57,935 bases of DNA from IMG/VR virus record IMGVR_UViG_3300049038_000008, positions 1-57,935 of that record. One strand, written 5' to 3'. The position numbers and the translations under genes were made by a program. The notes beneath the pieces are model-generated. The model searched no databases. It worked only from the letters and a program-made list of their open reading frames with translations, and was not told where the DNA came from. Each line of letters opens with the position of its first letter. Position 1 is the stretch's first letter. Below are positions 35,001 to 44,571 of the stretch, one piece after another. The DNA is from a virus. Its lineage: Duplodnaviria; Caudoviricetes.

Positions 35001-37291
35001 CGAATATCGGAGGCGTAGTCGATGCCATAATTGGAATATTCAAAAACGATAAATCTACAGGTGCGGTGGGTGACGCGGTAGGCGGTCTAGTGAAATCTGC
35101 AACGCAATCCGCAGCCGGTGCAGCCACCGCCGCAGGTCAAGCCGCAGGGGGTGCTGTAACGGGGGGCATTGCATCAGGCATAGCCGCAGGGACTTCTTCT
35201 GCTGTTAGCGCGATAGCCGGGGTGTATAGCGCGATGGCGCAAGCGGTAGGCGTATTCGCATCCACTTTCCATGATGATTCAAAGGCTGTGCGCTTTGCCG
35301 GGGGCTTTCTAGTAGGTGGCCCCATTGGCGGCATCCTCTCAGCCATCTTTGGCGGTCCAAGTGAGTTTGAAAAAGAGAAGCGCAAGCTAACGCTGGATAA
35401 GATGAAAGCTGATATTGCCAGCGTTTACGAAGATATCAAGGGCACGATGGTGGATGTGATGCAGAAGGGGTTAACGCTTCTTGAAGGCATCGCAGATTCC
35501 AACGTGATCGACATGCCCCGCAAGGCAATTAAGCGGTTCATTAATAAGTTGGGTGACATCCTGACTCTATTCGTTGACCTGTCGAAAACCTTTAAGGGCG
35601 AAGCCCTGGCACAAGCAAAGCTAGTTACTGACAACCTGGGCGGCGCAATTGATCTGATGTTAGGTGGCGCACAACTTATCGAGGCGATTCGCAACCTCAA
35701 GAGCGTCAGTGACGGGAAGATCGCCGAGTTTATTCAAACCACCTTTTCGATAATCGATAAGTGGATTGCGGCTGTCGGTGAAATAGAGATAAAGAGCGCC
35801 AAGCTTGCCAATAAGGTTAGTACGAAGTTGACCAGTTCCGTTGAATTGATTTCCAAATTCCCCGAACTCATCAACTCGATTGTTACCGCCGCTAAGATCA
35901 CGGTCACTGACGCGCAGTTAGACCAGTCCTTCGGCACAACCAGACGCATCATAGATCGCTTCTTTGCGCTTGCCGAAGATTTTGCCGGTTACGCCTTAAA
36001 CAAAGTCGCTAAAACAGGTGACCGATTCAAGCAGGTATTTGATGCGGTGGGCAGCATCTTCACCGGGCTTGCGGGAATCTCGGAATATAAACCCATTGGT
36101 GAAACAATATTCGATGCTCTTGCCGCTGATGTCGCTTACATCCTGAAAAAGATGGTTGAGATTTCTCAGGCCATCGAGCAAGAGATGTTAGGCAGGGCGG
36201 CTGAGATGAGCGCTGATTTAACAACCGTTTTTGGCTTGATAAAGACTGCTTTTGAAAGTTTAGCCTCTCTTGATACCTACAAATCTATTGCCTCCGATTC
36301 CTTCGATGCTTTAGGTGTTGATATACGTTTAGCAGTAAGCAAAATGGGTGAGATTGCCGACGCAATAGGATTGGAGGCGGCGGAGAAAGCCGGTAAGTTT
36401 GCCGACTCCGCAGGCAGGGTCATTGCCATCATTAAGAATGCCGTCGAGTCATTCAACGCCCTTGATAGTTTACAGAATGTGGAAGAGGGGCCGTTTAACG
36501 CGCTGGAAATCTACATCCGCAGAAGCATTGAACTAATGGCGCGAATCTCAGGCTCGATGACCGACGCGCTGATGCAAGAGGTGGAAACATTTTCCAATAA
36601 AACCAAGGCAGTATTTGACGCACTGAGAAGCGCGGTAGGTGTATTCGTTGAACTTTCCAATCTGTCAGGTGGGCGCGACCAGGCCGGAGCGAATTTCCCT
36701 GGTATCGGAGCGGCGTTTGAGGGCTTGGTGCAGTTTACGGAAACCGCCGTTTTAAGACTGGGTGAACTTGCCCACGGCGCGGCATCCGAGATGGTTGATG
36801 ACGCCCTACTATTTGCCACGAAAGCCAAAGTCATATTCGAGTCCGTTACCGCTGGCGCAAATTCCATCAAGGCGATTGGGGAGTTAAAAGACGCGCCATT
36901 TAATGCGCTCGTAGCTTTTACCACGGGCTTTGCTGATGCCATAAGCAAGATGGCTGAACTCGTCGGTGCGTCAGTGAACTTTGGGAATCTAGCAGGCACC
37001 TTTAGAGATAATATCGAGGCGGCTGTACGTGATTTAAGAGAAGGTGTTTTGTCACTGGCAACCGTGCTGACGGGAACTCAAGGTTTTGGTGGGGGTCAGA
37101 ACCTTACCTTAGAGCAAAGCGTATTGGCTGGCAATAACAACAGCCTTGGCCTATCTGCGGCGGGTAGTAGTACAAGCAGTCAAGGTACAAACGCTATACA
37201 TCTCCACTTTCACGGCCCTGTTATTCACGACCAACAATTCAAGACATTGGTTAGGCAGGCGAATGAAGAGTCAAGCCGGAGGTGGTTATGA
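32003..37291 (+). CDS. Tail tape measure protein
   Basis: 1762 aa, Ala/Gly-rich and helical; SGLIGESEPLRRIGI and GDFQRTS..MANS motifs; hydrophobic segments. Confidence 0.92.
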   Translation: MSTVADLTGEVALDPNPFIGGALKAGDAWQKLIDKLGKGNNVLDPLEKTLKEFGLKAKGMVDPVIQAFETLGVKSQASLNKSASDAVQAFERIRTSGVATAKDIDNAYKAMEKAVASANQEIAKPQTGGFLAELGPKIKAAAGEMQIFGGVVAGVFGGAIAYATKASSDLSESVNAAEAVFKEAAGTVKEFASTSATSFGISRQAALEATASFGGMFTAMGLGRQASADLSVGVIALAADLTSLRNIQGGVAEGIEKVRSGLIGESEPLRRIGILVDDATVKHKSFEVGLKNAGGELSQQQKVLLRYLEILDQSEDAMGDFQRTSTGMANSSRILTAQFQDLAAALGDKFATAGNTAFGVGVQLMGVLNNLPGSVLAAAAAFITAGAAIGGIVLAAGTVVAILGGPVTLALVGVTAIVGTMAVAVVQNWERIAEATGGLEINWRSVFKAMAMAAGYLVDVISAVGRQVIMVFDAIVSGAKIMANGVVLAFNFLKQTLGGVLTAIATGDMVGFSVALSAGFSGALLDAGAKMSGDMKALGERLKGDMRATMGFLGGQTAKAFGDAFDKGVEAAKKFDYSKLRAQILDELKKLTGDLDKEGKKARKGGHDMGKAILDGFKEGIGGFGAAVTELLLNADKLAGLFDPMKKKQREASQELVSALKVVTEGVNQYLQSLGLTAKFTQEELAKMVTSGQDGLLGYVMAWKRAEEETRKAGVDLSKHITVPLKEINEALKAAGYDIEINEKMWAKLTDEEKKNVVAINDVLAAQKEFNRNVDATGDSLKHAATEMLDHSHKVNELTRSLLTGSTTFKEFINTLGKGTIPVVKLTANEIETLSEKFKTTGIIVANTADKIKEALDKDIRLSVARLELDTKSAIDSMISDYEQFAEHLGKTGKEFERFVEQNMRESLAKLPGMNQEAIDKIVEKWKQGLVQLPGIWEKAFGKLPSSLKGIMGDVFGIIDTMPGKWGDATRKITDTISQWISFADKILGLLSKISDSIPSNIGGVVDAIIGIFKNDKSTGAVGDAVGGLVKSATQSAAGAATAAGQAAGGAVTGGIASGIAAGTSSAVSAIAGVYSAMAQAVGVFASTFHDDSKAVRFAGGFLVGGPIGGILSAIFGGPSEFEKEKRKLTLDKMKADIASVYEDIKGTMVDVMQKGLTLLEGIADSNVIDMPRKAIKRFINKLGDILTLFVDLSKTFKGEALAQAKLVTDNLGGAIDLMLGGAQLIEAIRNLKSVSDGKIAEFIQTTFSIIDKWIAAVGEIEIKSAKLANKVSTKLTSSVELISKFPELINSIVTAAKITVTDAQLDQSFGTTRRIIDRFFALAEDFAGYALNKVAKTGDRFKQVFDAVGSIFTGLAGISEYKPIGETIFDALAADVAYILKKMVEISQAIEQEMLGRAAEMSADLTTVFGLIKTAFESLASLDTYKSIASDSFDALGVDIRLAVSKMGEIADAIGLEAAEKAGKFADSAGRVIAIIKNAVESFNALDSLQNVEEGPFNALEIYIRRSIELMARISGSMTDALMQEVETFSNKTKAVFDALRSAVGVFVELSNLSGGRDQAGANFPGIGAAFEGLVQFTETAVLRLGELAHGAASEMVDDALLFATKAKVIFESVTAGANSIKAIGELKDAPFNALVAFTTGFADAISKMAELVGASVNFGNLAGTFRDNIEAAVRDLREGVLSLATVLTGTQGFGGGQNLTLEQSVLAGNNNSLGLSAAGSSTSSQGTNAIHLHFHGPVIHDQQFKTLVRQANEESSRRWL

Positions 37292-39372
37292 GTAACCCTC
37301 TGGGCGTCCATATAGATTGGAGCAATGATTTCACCTACGCAGGCAGCGGCAGCGATGTCAGCGATGACATCAACATGGATGTCGGCATGGCGTTTTCGAG
37401 AGGTAAAGAAAGCAGCTTGGCCTTTTCTCCCCCGGCTGCTGGCACCTTGAGTCTTGCCTTGTGGAATTTCAATCGTGATTACAGCCCCGGCAATACGGGC
37501 GGTCCTTTATACGGGCAACTGGAACCCGGCAAGCGATTGAGAGTTATATCAGATGGCAGGTCAGGCGGGTTTTTAAGATCGGTTGCAGGTGACAAGATAC
37601 TGAAAGTTGGCAGTTCGGATGCCCTGCTTAGTCTGCCCACGGCTGACCGCGTTGTATGTACGGTGTTAATTGATGACTTCTTACATGACCCGCGCTTTGG
37701 CGTGCGTACCGTAGGCATCTCCTGTTTAGGAATGATGAGCAGACTCAGGGGCAAAACTATCTCTACAGCCTTATACCAAAACATCAGGACTGATGAAGCT
37801 ATTACTATTGTGCTTGATGCGGCGGGGTGGCCCGTGGGCGACAGGGTATTGCAAGTTGGTAACAACACGATTGATATTTTTGTCGCTGATAACGAAGATG
37901 CGGCGAGTGTGATGATTCGCATACTCCTAACGGAAGGACTAGGCGCAAGCCTCTATGAAGATGCCGAGGGCAACATTGTATTTGAAAATAGCACTAGCCG
38001 AGAGACACAGACCCGTTCGGTGGTTTCCCAGGCGACCTATGATTCAACTGCGAGTATCAATGTCGGATTGGACTATCACCCGAATTTTAAGAACGTCATA
38101 TTAGCTTGTCGGATTGTTCAGCAGGAACGCGAAGCGCAGCCACTTGAAACCATTTGGACTTATAGCGGGGATTTAGTGCTGGCGGCGGGGCAAGTTAAGA
38201 AGTTGATTGTCCGTGGCTCTGACCCGTTCCTTAATGCCCAGATTCCCACACCCTTTGGCACTAATGATGTCCAGTTACTCACACCGATTGTCACCTTAAC
38301 CTCTGGCACTTTCGCACTCGGATGGAAAGGGACAGGCACAGCGCCGATAGCATGGAACGCGACGGCAGCAGATGTACAAACAGCATTAGAGACGGCATTC
38401 GGCGCGGGTAATTTTGCTTGTGGTGGCGGTCCTGTAAATCTTAACCCCGTCAGCGTCATGTTCATCGGTGATTTTGCCGAGGCTGAACAAGAATTGATGA
38501 CTGTGGTAAGCCAGTTAAATTCTGTCTCTTCACTGACAACCTTAGACCCGATTCGCACGGATGATGGAGCAGGCACCTATACAGACACCTTGATCCCAAG
38601 AAACACCCCCATCACATCTGGTAGTTTCAAACTCCGCCAGGGTTCAACAACGACCCCCTTGATTCTCTACACGGCAACCGGGGCGAATGTACAGACCGCG
38701 TGGGAAAATACCTCGCAATATGACCCCGGCGATGTTTCAGCATCCGGCGACCTGACAAGCACCATAGTTGTCAATTACACCGATGGGTTGACCTTCCCTC
38801 CTAGCACAACACTTGTAGTCGATTCCACGCTCATGGCAAGCCGGTATAAGGATGCGTTGAAAGTTACAAAGTCTGTTAAAGGCTCTGGTCCCGATTACTT
38901 TGTTGTTAGTGGTGGTGTGAGCATGGCGATTGATCGGGATAATGGCGGAAGCTTAACGCTGACCATCACAGACGATGGTGCAGGTTCAACTCTTACTGGC
39001 CTCCAACTTCGCGCACAACCTGTCTCTGTGGTTCGGTCAAACGAAGTTACCTACCCTGAAACGGCGGCGGATTCAGAAGGTCAATTGTACAAGCCCGATG
39101 TGATTGCCGAGATTCCCTTAGCGCAGGCACAAGCGATTGCACAAGCCTATTATGACCGATACAGCTTGCCCCGCCCTGCGGTGTCCATCCGCATCGCCAC
39201 GGGGCTATATAGTGCCAACTTAGAGCAGGTATTAGAGCGGGAAATCTCTGACCTTGTGACGGTGATTGAACCGCACACGGGGATAAACGAGACATATTTT
39301 ATCGAGAGCATCAGTCAGGCAATGAGCAATTATCAGGTTATCACCCAACTCAATTGTGAAAAGGCGATGTAG
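37288..39372 (+). CDS. Tail tip/baseplate hub-like structural protein
   Basis: Directly after the tape measure; IDW...AGTLSL.L.N...YSP and LYEDAEGNIVF patterns; repeated T..I...AT.A.VQTA.E modules. Confidence 0.7.
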   Translation: MSNPLGVHIDWSNDFTYAGSGSDVSDDINMDVGMAFSRGKESSLAFSPPAAGTLSLALWNFNRDYSPGNTGGPLYGQLEPGKRLRVISDGRSGGFLRSVAGDKILKVGSSDALLSLPTADRVVCTVLIDDFLHDPRFGVRTVGISCLGMMSRLRGKTISTALYQNIRTDEAITIVLDAAGWPVGDRVLQVGNNTIDIFVADNEDAASVMIRILLTEGLGASLYEDAEGNIVFENSTSRETQTRSVVSQATYDSTASINVGLDYHPNFKNVILACRIVQQEREAQPLETIWTYSGDLVLAAGQVKKLIVRGSDPFLNAQIPTPFGTNDVQLLTPIVTLTSGTFALGWKGTGTAPIAWNATAADVQTALETAFGAGNFACGGGPVNLNPVSVMFIGDFAEAEQELMTVVSQLNSVSSLTTLDPIRTDDGAGTYTDTLIPRNTPITSGSFKLRQGSTTTPLILYTATGANVQTAWENTSQYDPGDVSASGDLTSTIVVNYTDGLTFPPSTTLVVDSTLMASRYKDALKVTKSVKGSGPDYFVVSGGVSMAIDRDNGGSLTLTITDDGAGSTLTGLQLRAQPVSVVRSNEVTYPETAADSEGQLYKPDVIAEIPLAQAQAIAQAYYDRYSLPRPAVSIRIATGLYSANLEQVLEREISDLVTVIEPHTGINETYFIESISQAMSNYQVITQLNCEKAM

Positions 39373-39375
39373 AAC

Positions 39376-41928
39376 ATGGCAGATGATGACATCTTAGGAT
39401 TTACACAGACAACCAATCCGGGCAGCGGCGCGGGGCTTTACGTTGTTCCCAATGCCCTCACCTCACCTGTTGACCGATTTTGTCTATTGGATGATTTATT
39501 CAAGAGCAGAACGGGCAACCATAGCGTATTGGCCTACGCTTCCCTTTCCGCTGCCGTTACAGCCATTGGCGCAACCCCTGCCGTCTTAGAGATTCCCGCA
39601 AGTATGGCGGTGACTGCTGATTTAACCATTCCTGAAACTCTCACCTTAATCGTTATGGGTGTAGGTGAATTCAATGTCTCTTCTACGAAGACCCTCACCA
39701 TCAACGGCCCTTTGATTGCACCCTTCAGACAGATTTTTACCGGCTCCGGCTCTGTGATCTTAGGCAAGCGCATCGCCGGGGTGAATCCGTTTTGGTTCGG
39801 TGGCGCAGGGAATGCGAGACAAGTTACAGACGGCGCAATGACAAGCGGCACCCAGACACTCACCTCGGCAACCGCCGCATTCACCGCCGCTGATATTGGC
39901 AAGGTTGTTGACATTCAGGGTGCAGGCGCATCAGCAGCCGACCTACAAGGCGTCACAAGCCGTCATAATTTAGTAGGAACAATAACGGGCTACACCAATA
40001 GCACAACTGTTACGGTGTCGGTCACGGCCTCAGCTACCATATCTGGCAAAACTGTCACCATTGGCACCGACGATACTTCTGCCGTCACCAAAGCAAAAGC
40101 CGCCATGTCATCAAATGCAGCACTCTACTTCCCACGCGGCAAGTATCTGGTCAATTCGGCAGCTTTAGCCATTGCCAGCAATACCAAAATCAATGGTGAC
40201 GGCAAAGGGGCAACGGTTCTTTATTATGTCGGACCCACCCGCAACGGGGGTTCACAAGCAAGCCTAATCTCAGTCGGAGATGGGGTAGATAAATTTACCC
40301 TGTCCGACCTGAGCATACTTGGAACCAATGTGGGTGGAATTGGCAACACGTCTGTTAATGGCCTCACCTTTGGCGTGAGGATTGGCACAGGGGCAACCGG
40401 GGCAATATCTAACATTACTATTCGCAACTGCGAAATCGCGTATATCTGGGGGATGGGAATAAGGACAGATGGCGACGTTGGCGACCAAGCAGCCGACCCG
40501 CCAACCAACATCAACTTCAAAATCCTCGACTGCGACGTTCATCATTGCAGCGATAACGGAATCAATCCCAACACGGGCGGTGGGTTGTTGGTTCGTGGCT
40601 GTCACCTCACAGACAACGGCGGCGGTGGGTTGGAGTTTGCCGGGTCGAGGTTCCAGATGGCCGATTGCTACGTTGCAAGGAATAGGAATGTGGGGGTGGC
40701 GCTAGGGGGACTAGGCAATCCAAGCCTCGGCAAAGATGTCTTGTTGCGGGGAAATCTTATCGAACGCAACGGGAATGCCGGTAGCGGGGCGGGCGTGCAA
40801 ATCGGCGGCAACGTGGTTCACGCGATAATCAGCAATAACATCATCAGGGAAAATGAATTGCAGGGGATTGGTTGTACTGACGGCACGCCTGATTTTGCAA
40901 GTCTCAGTCGTGACATCCGCATCACCGGCAACCAAATCGTCAGCAACGGCAATGGAGTTACTTCATTCGGCATTAGCGTCAATATGAATGATGTTGTTAT
41001 TTCGGATAATGATATTTTTAATGACCCGTCATCATCTTATGTACAGACTTTCGGCATTGGCGCATCCGGCGACGGGGTGAAACTGCTGAGAAATAGGGTA
41101 CGTGGTCATACGACCTATGACTACACGCTGATTCAGGCAACGAACATTTTATTAGATCGGGATGATACCACCTCCACTTTGCAGGAATATGAACCCAATG
41201 GCTTGGCAGGCACGGTAGACACCAGCGGCACGACGGTTACATATAAAACTGGTAATCTGTTCAGCACCCGGTGGGTTGGTACAACTATTAAGATTGACGC
41301 CACCTATTATTCGATTTCAGCCGTGGCAGCGGCACCAACCGGCACTTTTACTGTTTCTGGCTTAACCGTCACTCGTTCCACAGGCACCAACTTCGACTCC
41401 GCTTGGATTGGTCAATATATTCAACTTGGTGATTATTACTTTCCCATTTCTGCGGTTGCGGATGCCTCACATCTGACCATCACCAACCCTATTGGTGTGA
41501 CGGTCCCTGCATCCGGCACTTGGACATTAAAGGGGTCAGTTAGCCTTACCCTCACCACCTCGGCAGGTTCGCTTACTGGTGAGGATTATGTGATTCCGCC
41601 AAACGCCGTCTATCGCCCGAATAATGCGGTCATGCAGACCGTGCCGTTTCAGGCAACTCCCGTGTTCAATGCCGACACCGGGAATACCTTTTTCATCACT
41701 CTCACAGCCAATGTGACAAGCTCACAGATCGTCAATGGCGTGGAGGGGCAGATCGTGACTTTTGTTATCAGGCAAGACCCGGCAAGCGCCAGAACCTTTG
41801 CCTGGCCTTCCAATGTATTCGGAGAGACAACGATTGGCACGACGCTGAGCGGGTTTAACGTGCAGAGTTTTAGGAAGGTGTCAGCGTTTTGGTTTGCAAC
41901 AGGCGCAGGGGTTTTAGACCAAGGATAA
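39376..41928 (+). CDS. Tailspike with right-handed beta-helix (putative depolymerase)
   Basis: GTDDTSAV...LYFPRGKYLV pectate-lyase-3-like start; many G/N/I-rich parallel beta-helix rungs. Confidence 0.85.
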   Translation: MADDDILGFTQTTNPGSGAGLYVVPNALTSPVDRFCLLDDLFKSRTGNHSVLAYASLSAAVTAIGATPAVLEIPASMAVTADLTIPETLTLIVMGVGEFNVSSTKTLTINGPLIAPFRQIFTGSGSVILGKRIAGVNPFWFGGAGNARQVTDGAMTSGTQTLTSATAAFTAADIGKVVDIQGAGASAADLQGVTSRHNLVGTITGYTNSTTVTVSVTASATISGKTVTIGTDDTSAVTKAKAAMSSNAALYFPRGKYLVNSAALAIASNTKINGDGKGATVLYYVGPTRNGGSQASLISVGDGVDKFTLSDLSILGTNVGGIGNTSVNGLTFGVRIGTGATGAISNITIRNCEIAYIWGMGIRTDGDVGDQAADPPTNINFKILDCDVHHCSDNGINPNTGGGLLVRGCHLTDNGGGGLEFAGSRFQMADCYVARNRNVGVALGGLGNPSLGKDVLLRGNLIERNGNAGSGAGVQIGGNVVHAIISNNIIRENELQGIGCTDGTPDFASLSRDIRITGNQIVSNGNGVTSFGISVNMNDVVISDNDIFNDPSSSYVQTFGIGASGDGVKLLRNRVRGHTTYDYTLIQATNILLDRDDTTSTLQEYEPNGLAGTVDTSGTTVTYKTGNLFSTRWVGTTIKIDATYYSISAVAAAPTGTFTVSGLTVTRSTGTNFDSAWIGQYIQLGDYYFPISAVADASHLTITNPIGVTVPASGTWTLKGSVSLTLTTSAGSLTGEDYVIPPNAVYRPNNAVMQTVPFQATPVFNADTGNTFFITLTANVTSSQIVNGVEGQIVTFVIRQDPASARTFAWPSNVFGETTIGTTLSGFNVQSFRKVSAFWFATGAGVLDQG

Positions 41929-41931
41929 TTT

Positions 41932-42222
41932 ATGAAAATCATCTTCATCGCCTCCATCATCCTTTTCCTCATCTCCGCCATAATGGACTATCGCTCAAGT
42001 CTTGGGGATTTTGCCGAAGCAAATAAGTTGGTACGTGGGAAGGATGGCCGCATATCCAAGCCGAAGTTTTTCATTTATGTAGGTGTTGCCTTGGCTTTTG
42101 CTGGCGTGGCGTTTGTCTTCGCAAAGAGTTTGGTGATTGGCACCATCATCATGGTCGTGGGTGCAGGCGCACACCTGTGGGCTGTGGCTCACAATGCCAG
42201 GGTGAAGCGAGGTGAAAAATGA
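41932..42222 (+). CDS. Small three-TM membrane protein (holin candidate)
   Basis: 96 aa; three hydrophobic segments; basic C-terminus. Confidence 0.55.
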   Translation: MKIIFIASIILFLISAIMDYRSSLGDFAEANKLVRGKDGRISKPKFFIYVGVALAFAGVAFVFAKSLVIGTIIMVVGAGAHLWAVAHNARVKRGEK

Positions 42223-42530
42223 GAGTGAATGTGAATTGCCAGCACTCCTATTTCATAGAAGTTTTTCTTGACGGCAAGAAGCTAACTACCTGTATTGAGG
42301 CCGATGATAAAGAGGGCTATGTGTGGGTGTTGGTCGGTGAGAATAACAGGGGACAATGGGCGGCATTGGCTCATCCCGGCGACTTTATTTGGGATGAGTA
42401 TATTGTGAAGCGTGCCACAGGTCGGGTTGAAATCCGCTTCCAACCTGATGCGCCGGTTTCAGAAGAAGAGATGCGCGAGGATGCAGAGAAGTATTGTGTG
42501 CCAATCAGGGTTCACCAGTTGGTGCAATAA
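42219..42530 (+). CDS. Hypothetical protein
   Basis: VFLDG...CIEADDKEGYV...GRVEI pattern; GAGGTG RBS. Confidence 0.65.
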   Translation: MRVNVNCQHSYFIEVFLDGKKLTTCIEADDKEGYVWVLVGENNRGQWAALAHPGDFIWDEYIVKRATGRVEIRFQPDAPVSEEEMREDAEKYCVPIRVHQLVQ

Positions 42531-42533
42531 CCC

Positions 42534-42606
42534 TTTCGCGCCAGCCGTCAAGGGGGCAAAAGAGCCGGGCACAAGTAGCGGCTTTTTTAGCAGGGTTGGC
42601 GCGAAG
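42534..42606 (+). ncRNA. Stem-closed RNA module enclosing a terminator-like hairpin
   Basis: 13-bp stem TTTCGCGCCAGCC:GGTTGGCGCGAAG around GAGCCG..CGGCTT-TTTT. Confidence 0.5.
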
Positions 42607-42640
42607 CATCAATAACAGAGTGGGGAGTGGAGAAAAGTAA

Positions 42641-43222
42641 GTGATGCCAGGAAGCAATATCAGAACAGTGTGTGACGCAGACCACGAGTGCTATTTATTA
42701 GCCGTGGATGATGATGACGCCATTCTTGACATACTCGGTGAAATCTTTACACCGCAAACCGGCATCACGCTGTTAAAGGCCACCTCATTAACTGAGGCGC
42801 TGGAGGTTATCAGCACAACGCCAAAGATCGAAATCATTTTGTTAGATTTGCGCCTGGGCGATTCTGACGGCATCGACACATTGAAAGTCGTGGTGGAGGC
42901 AGTGAACGGGCGCACAGCAATAATAGCGATTTCAGGCTCACACGAATTGGAGGATGAAGCTGGTAAGAATGGCGCAATTGATTTCTGGGGCAAGCCGCTA
43001 CTTCAAATAGATATGATCGGCAGGGTGAAGTTTGCCATTATGAACCAGCGGAAGATTAATCATCAGATTCATCTATCTGAGGACTTAAAGCGGGAGATTG
43101 CCGAGATTCAAGCCAAGTTGGAAGTCAGGCCCACACAGAGGGATTCAGAAGCCATAGAGAGGCTTTCCGTGATGAGTAAGAAGTTGGATAACTATGCCGC
43201 TGTACTAGGAGGAGGTCATTGA
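42641..43222 (+). CDS. Orphan response regulator (REC domain plus coiled coil)
   Basis: LLAVDDD; IILLDLRLGDSDG (phospho-Asp); IIAISG; GAIDFWGKP. Confidence 0.9.
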   Translation: MMPGSNIRTVCDADHECYLLAVDDDDAILDILGEIFTPQTGITLLKATSLTEALEVISTTPKIEIILLDLRLGDSDGIDTLKVVVEAVNGRTAIIAISGSHELEDEAGKNGAIDFWGKPLLQIDMIGRVKFAIMNQRKINHQIHLSEDLKREIAEIQAKLEVRPTQRDSEAIERLSVMSKKLDNYAAVLGGGH

Positions 43223-43570
43223 TTGACTACCGAACAAATATACGTGGGCATACTTATAGCCATCCTCTCACTGATCGGTTCAATCATTGGCTCCAATCTG
43301 ATGGTCGAACGCTACAAGCGGAAAACGAAACTGGAAGATGACCGGAATCTTGCCGACGATGAGATAACCAAAGAAGAGATTGTTGGTCAGAGAGAGTTAG
43401 CCAGGGACATAAGAGAGGACGCTAAGGAAATTCGGCAAATTGAGAGGGTACTGAGAGAAGAGCGGACAGCGGATAAGATTACTATTGCGATTCAGAAGTT
43501 GCAACTTGAGGAAAAGGATAAGCGGATTGCCGCTTTAGAGTCCGAGTTAAAACGTAAGGGGGGTAAGTAA
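43223..43570 (+). CDS. Single-TM coiled-coil protein (holin-like)
   Basis: N-terminal TM then charged coiled coil; GGAGG RBS; TTG start. Confidence 0.6.
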   Translation: MTTEQIYVGILIAILSLIGSIIGSNLMVERYKRKTKLEDDRNLADDEITKEEIVGQRELARDIREDAKEIRQIERVLREERTADKITIAIQKLQLEEKDKRIAALESELKRKGGK

Positions 43571-43588
43571 ATTCTATGAGAGGTCAGA

Positions 43589-43879
43589 ATGAGAAGACAG
43601 TCTTCAAACGATTCGTGGGACATCCCCCTACTCGGTATCGTTCTATTCTTAGCCATCCTCTTTTATCACTGGCGGGAGAACAAGCAGGAAGCCGTCATTA
43701 TTGACATTAAGAAAACGGTTGATGAAAACAAAGAGGATGTAAGAGCGATGAAAGAATCTTTTGTGCAGGCAGAAGTGAAACCCCAACCTCCACCCAAACC
43801 TCGCAGGGTTAAGGTGAAGCCCAAGCCCAAACGTATCAGTCAGGATTTTGCCAATGGAGATTATTCAAAGGACAACTGA
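43589..43879 (+). CDS. Single-TM protein with Pro/Lys-rich tail
   Basis: IPLLGIVLFLAILFY; KPQPPPKPRRVKVKPKPK. Confidence 0.6.
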   Translation: MRRQSSNDSWDIPLLGIVLFLAILFYHWRENKQEAVIIDIKKTVDENKEDVRAMKESFVQAEVKPQPPPKPRRVKVKPKPKRISQDFANGDYSKDN

Positions 43880-43882
43880 GGA

Positions 43883-44413
43883 ATGAAAAAACTAACCATC
43901 ACAATCACCGTCGTCATGCTTTTATTCGTGTTGGCCTTTGCACAGCGTAAGCGCAAGCCAAAACCACGCCCACGGCCAAAGCCTGCACCGACTAAACCGC
44001 TACCAGATTTGCCGACACCCAAAAACTTTGGCAACTGCGCCTCTGCTAATTTCCCCGCAAAGTGCGCCATTGTGGGAACAACCTGTGTGCAGGGTTCAAC
44101 CAATGAAGGCTGTTTGCTCGAAGGTGATAATTGTACCAACTGCTACCGTGGAAGCCCAACCCCACAGCCAAAACTACAAGCCGCCAAGAATGATTGGCAA
44201 GGGGCGATTCTTGGCAAGTTTGTTAAGGGTGCGGGGTTTGTTGTTGATGTGCCAGGGGCTTGGGGTAAGAAGGGGATTAGATCGGGCGATGTGATTACAT
44301 CGGTTGATGGAACGCTCATAGACTCAGCAGAGACTTTGCTCAAACTTTTGCCGGGGTTTTATAAGGCAAGAAAATTCGTTGTGGTGCAAACGAGAGAGGT
44401 AGCGGTGAAGTGA
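43883..44413 (+). CDS. Secreted protein: signal peptide, Pro/Lys linker, 6-Cys module, PDZ-like domain
   Basis: MKK...LAFA|Q; six Cys within about 40 aa; GIRSGDVITSVDG PDZ signature. Confidence 0.7.
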   Translation: MKKLTITITVVMLLFVLAFAQRKRKPKPRPRPKPAPTKPLPDLPTPKNFGNCASANFPAKCAIVGTTCVQGSTNEGCLLEGDNCTNCYRGSPTPQPKLQAAKNDWQGAILGKFVKGAGFVVDVPGAWGKKGIRSGDVITSVDGTLIDSAETLLKLLPGFYKARKFVVVQTREVAVK

Positions 44414-44571
44414 AAATCAAAAAGCTTGATTTGAAAGACCCCAAAGCAAGGGCGGAATATGAGCGCATCTTGAAAGAGGTGAGCAAGGAAACTCAACCGA
44501 TGGCAGATGCTATCCGTGAATCACAGCGCATCACGGCAGAGGATTTAGCCGTCACGATAAATGCTAAATAG
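44410..44571 (+). CDS. Small hypothetical protein, 53 aa
   Basis: Manual translation MKIKKLDLKDP...AIRESQRITAEDLAVTINAK; GTGA overlap. Confidence 0.55.
   Translation: MKIKKLDLKDPKARAEYERILKEVSKETQPMADAIRESQRITAEDLAVTINAK

Noticed and set aside
32485-36999. Numerous antisense ORFs inside the tape measure and other structural genes
   Set aside because: Shadow frames of Ala/Gly-rich coding sequence with no RBS or domain signal
24599-41928. Diversity-generating retroelement acting on the fibre or tailspike genes
   Set aside because: No reverse transcriptase seen and no template/variable repeat pair noticed by eye
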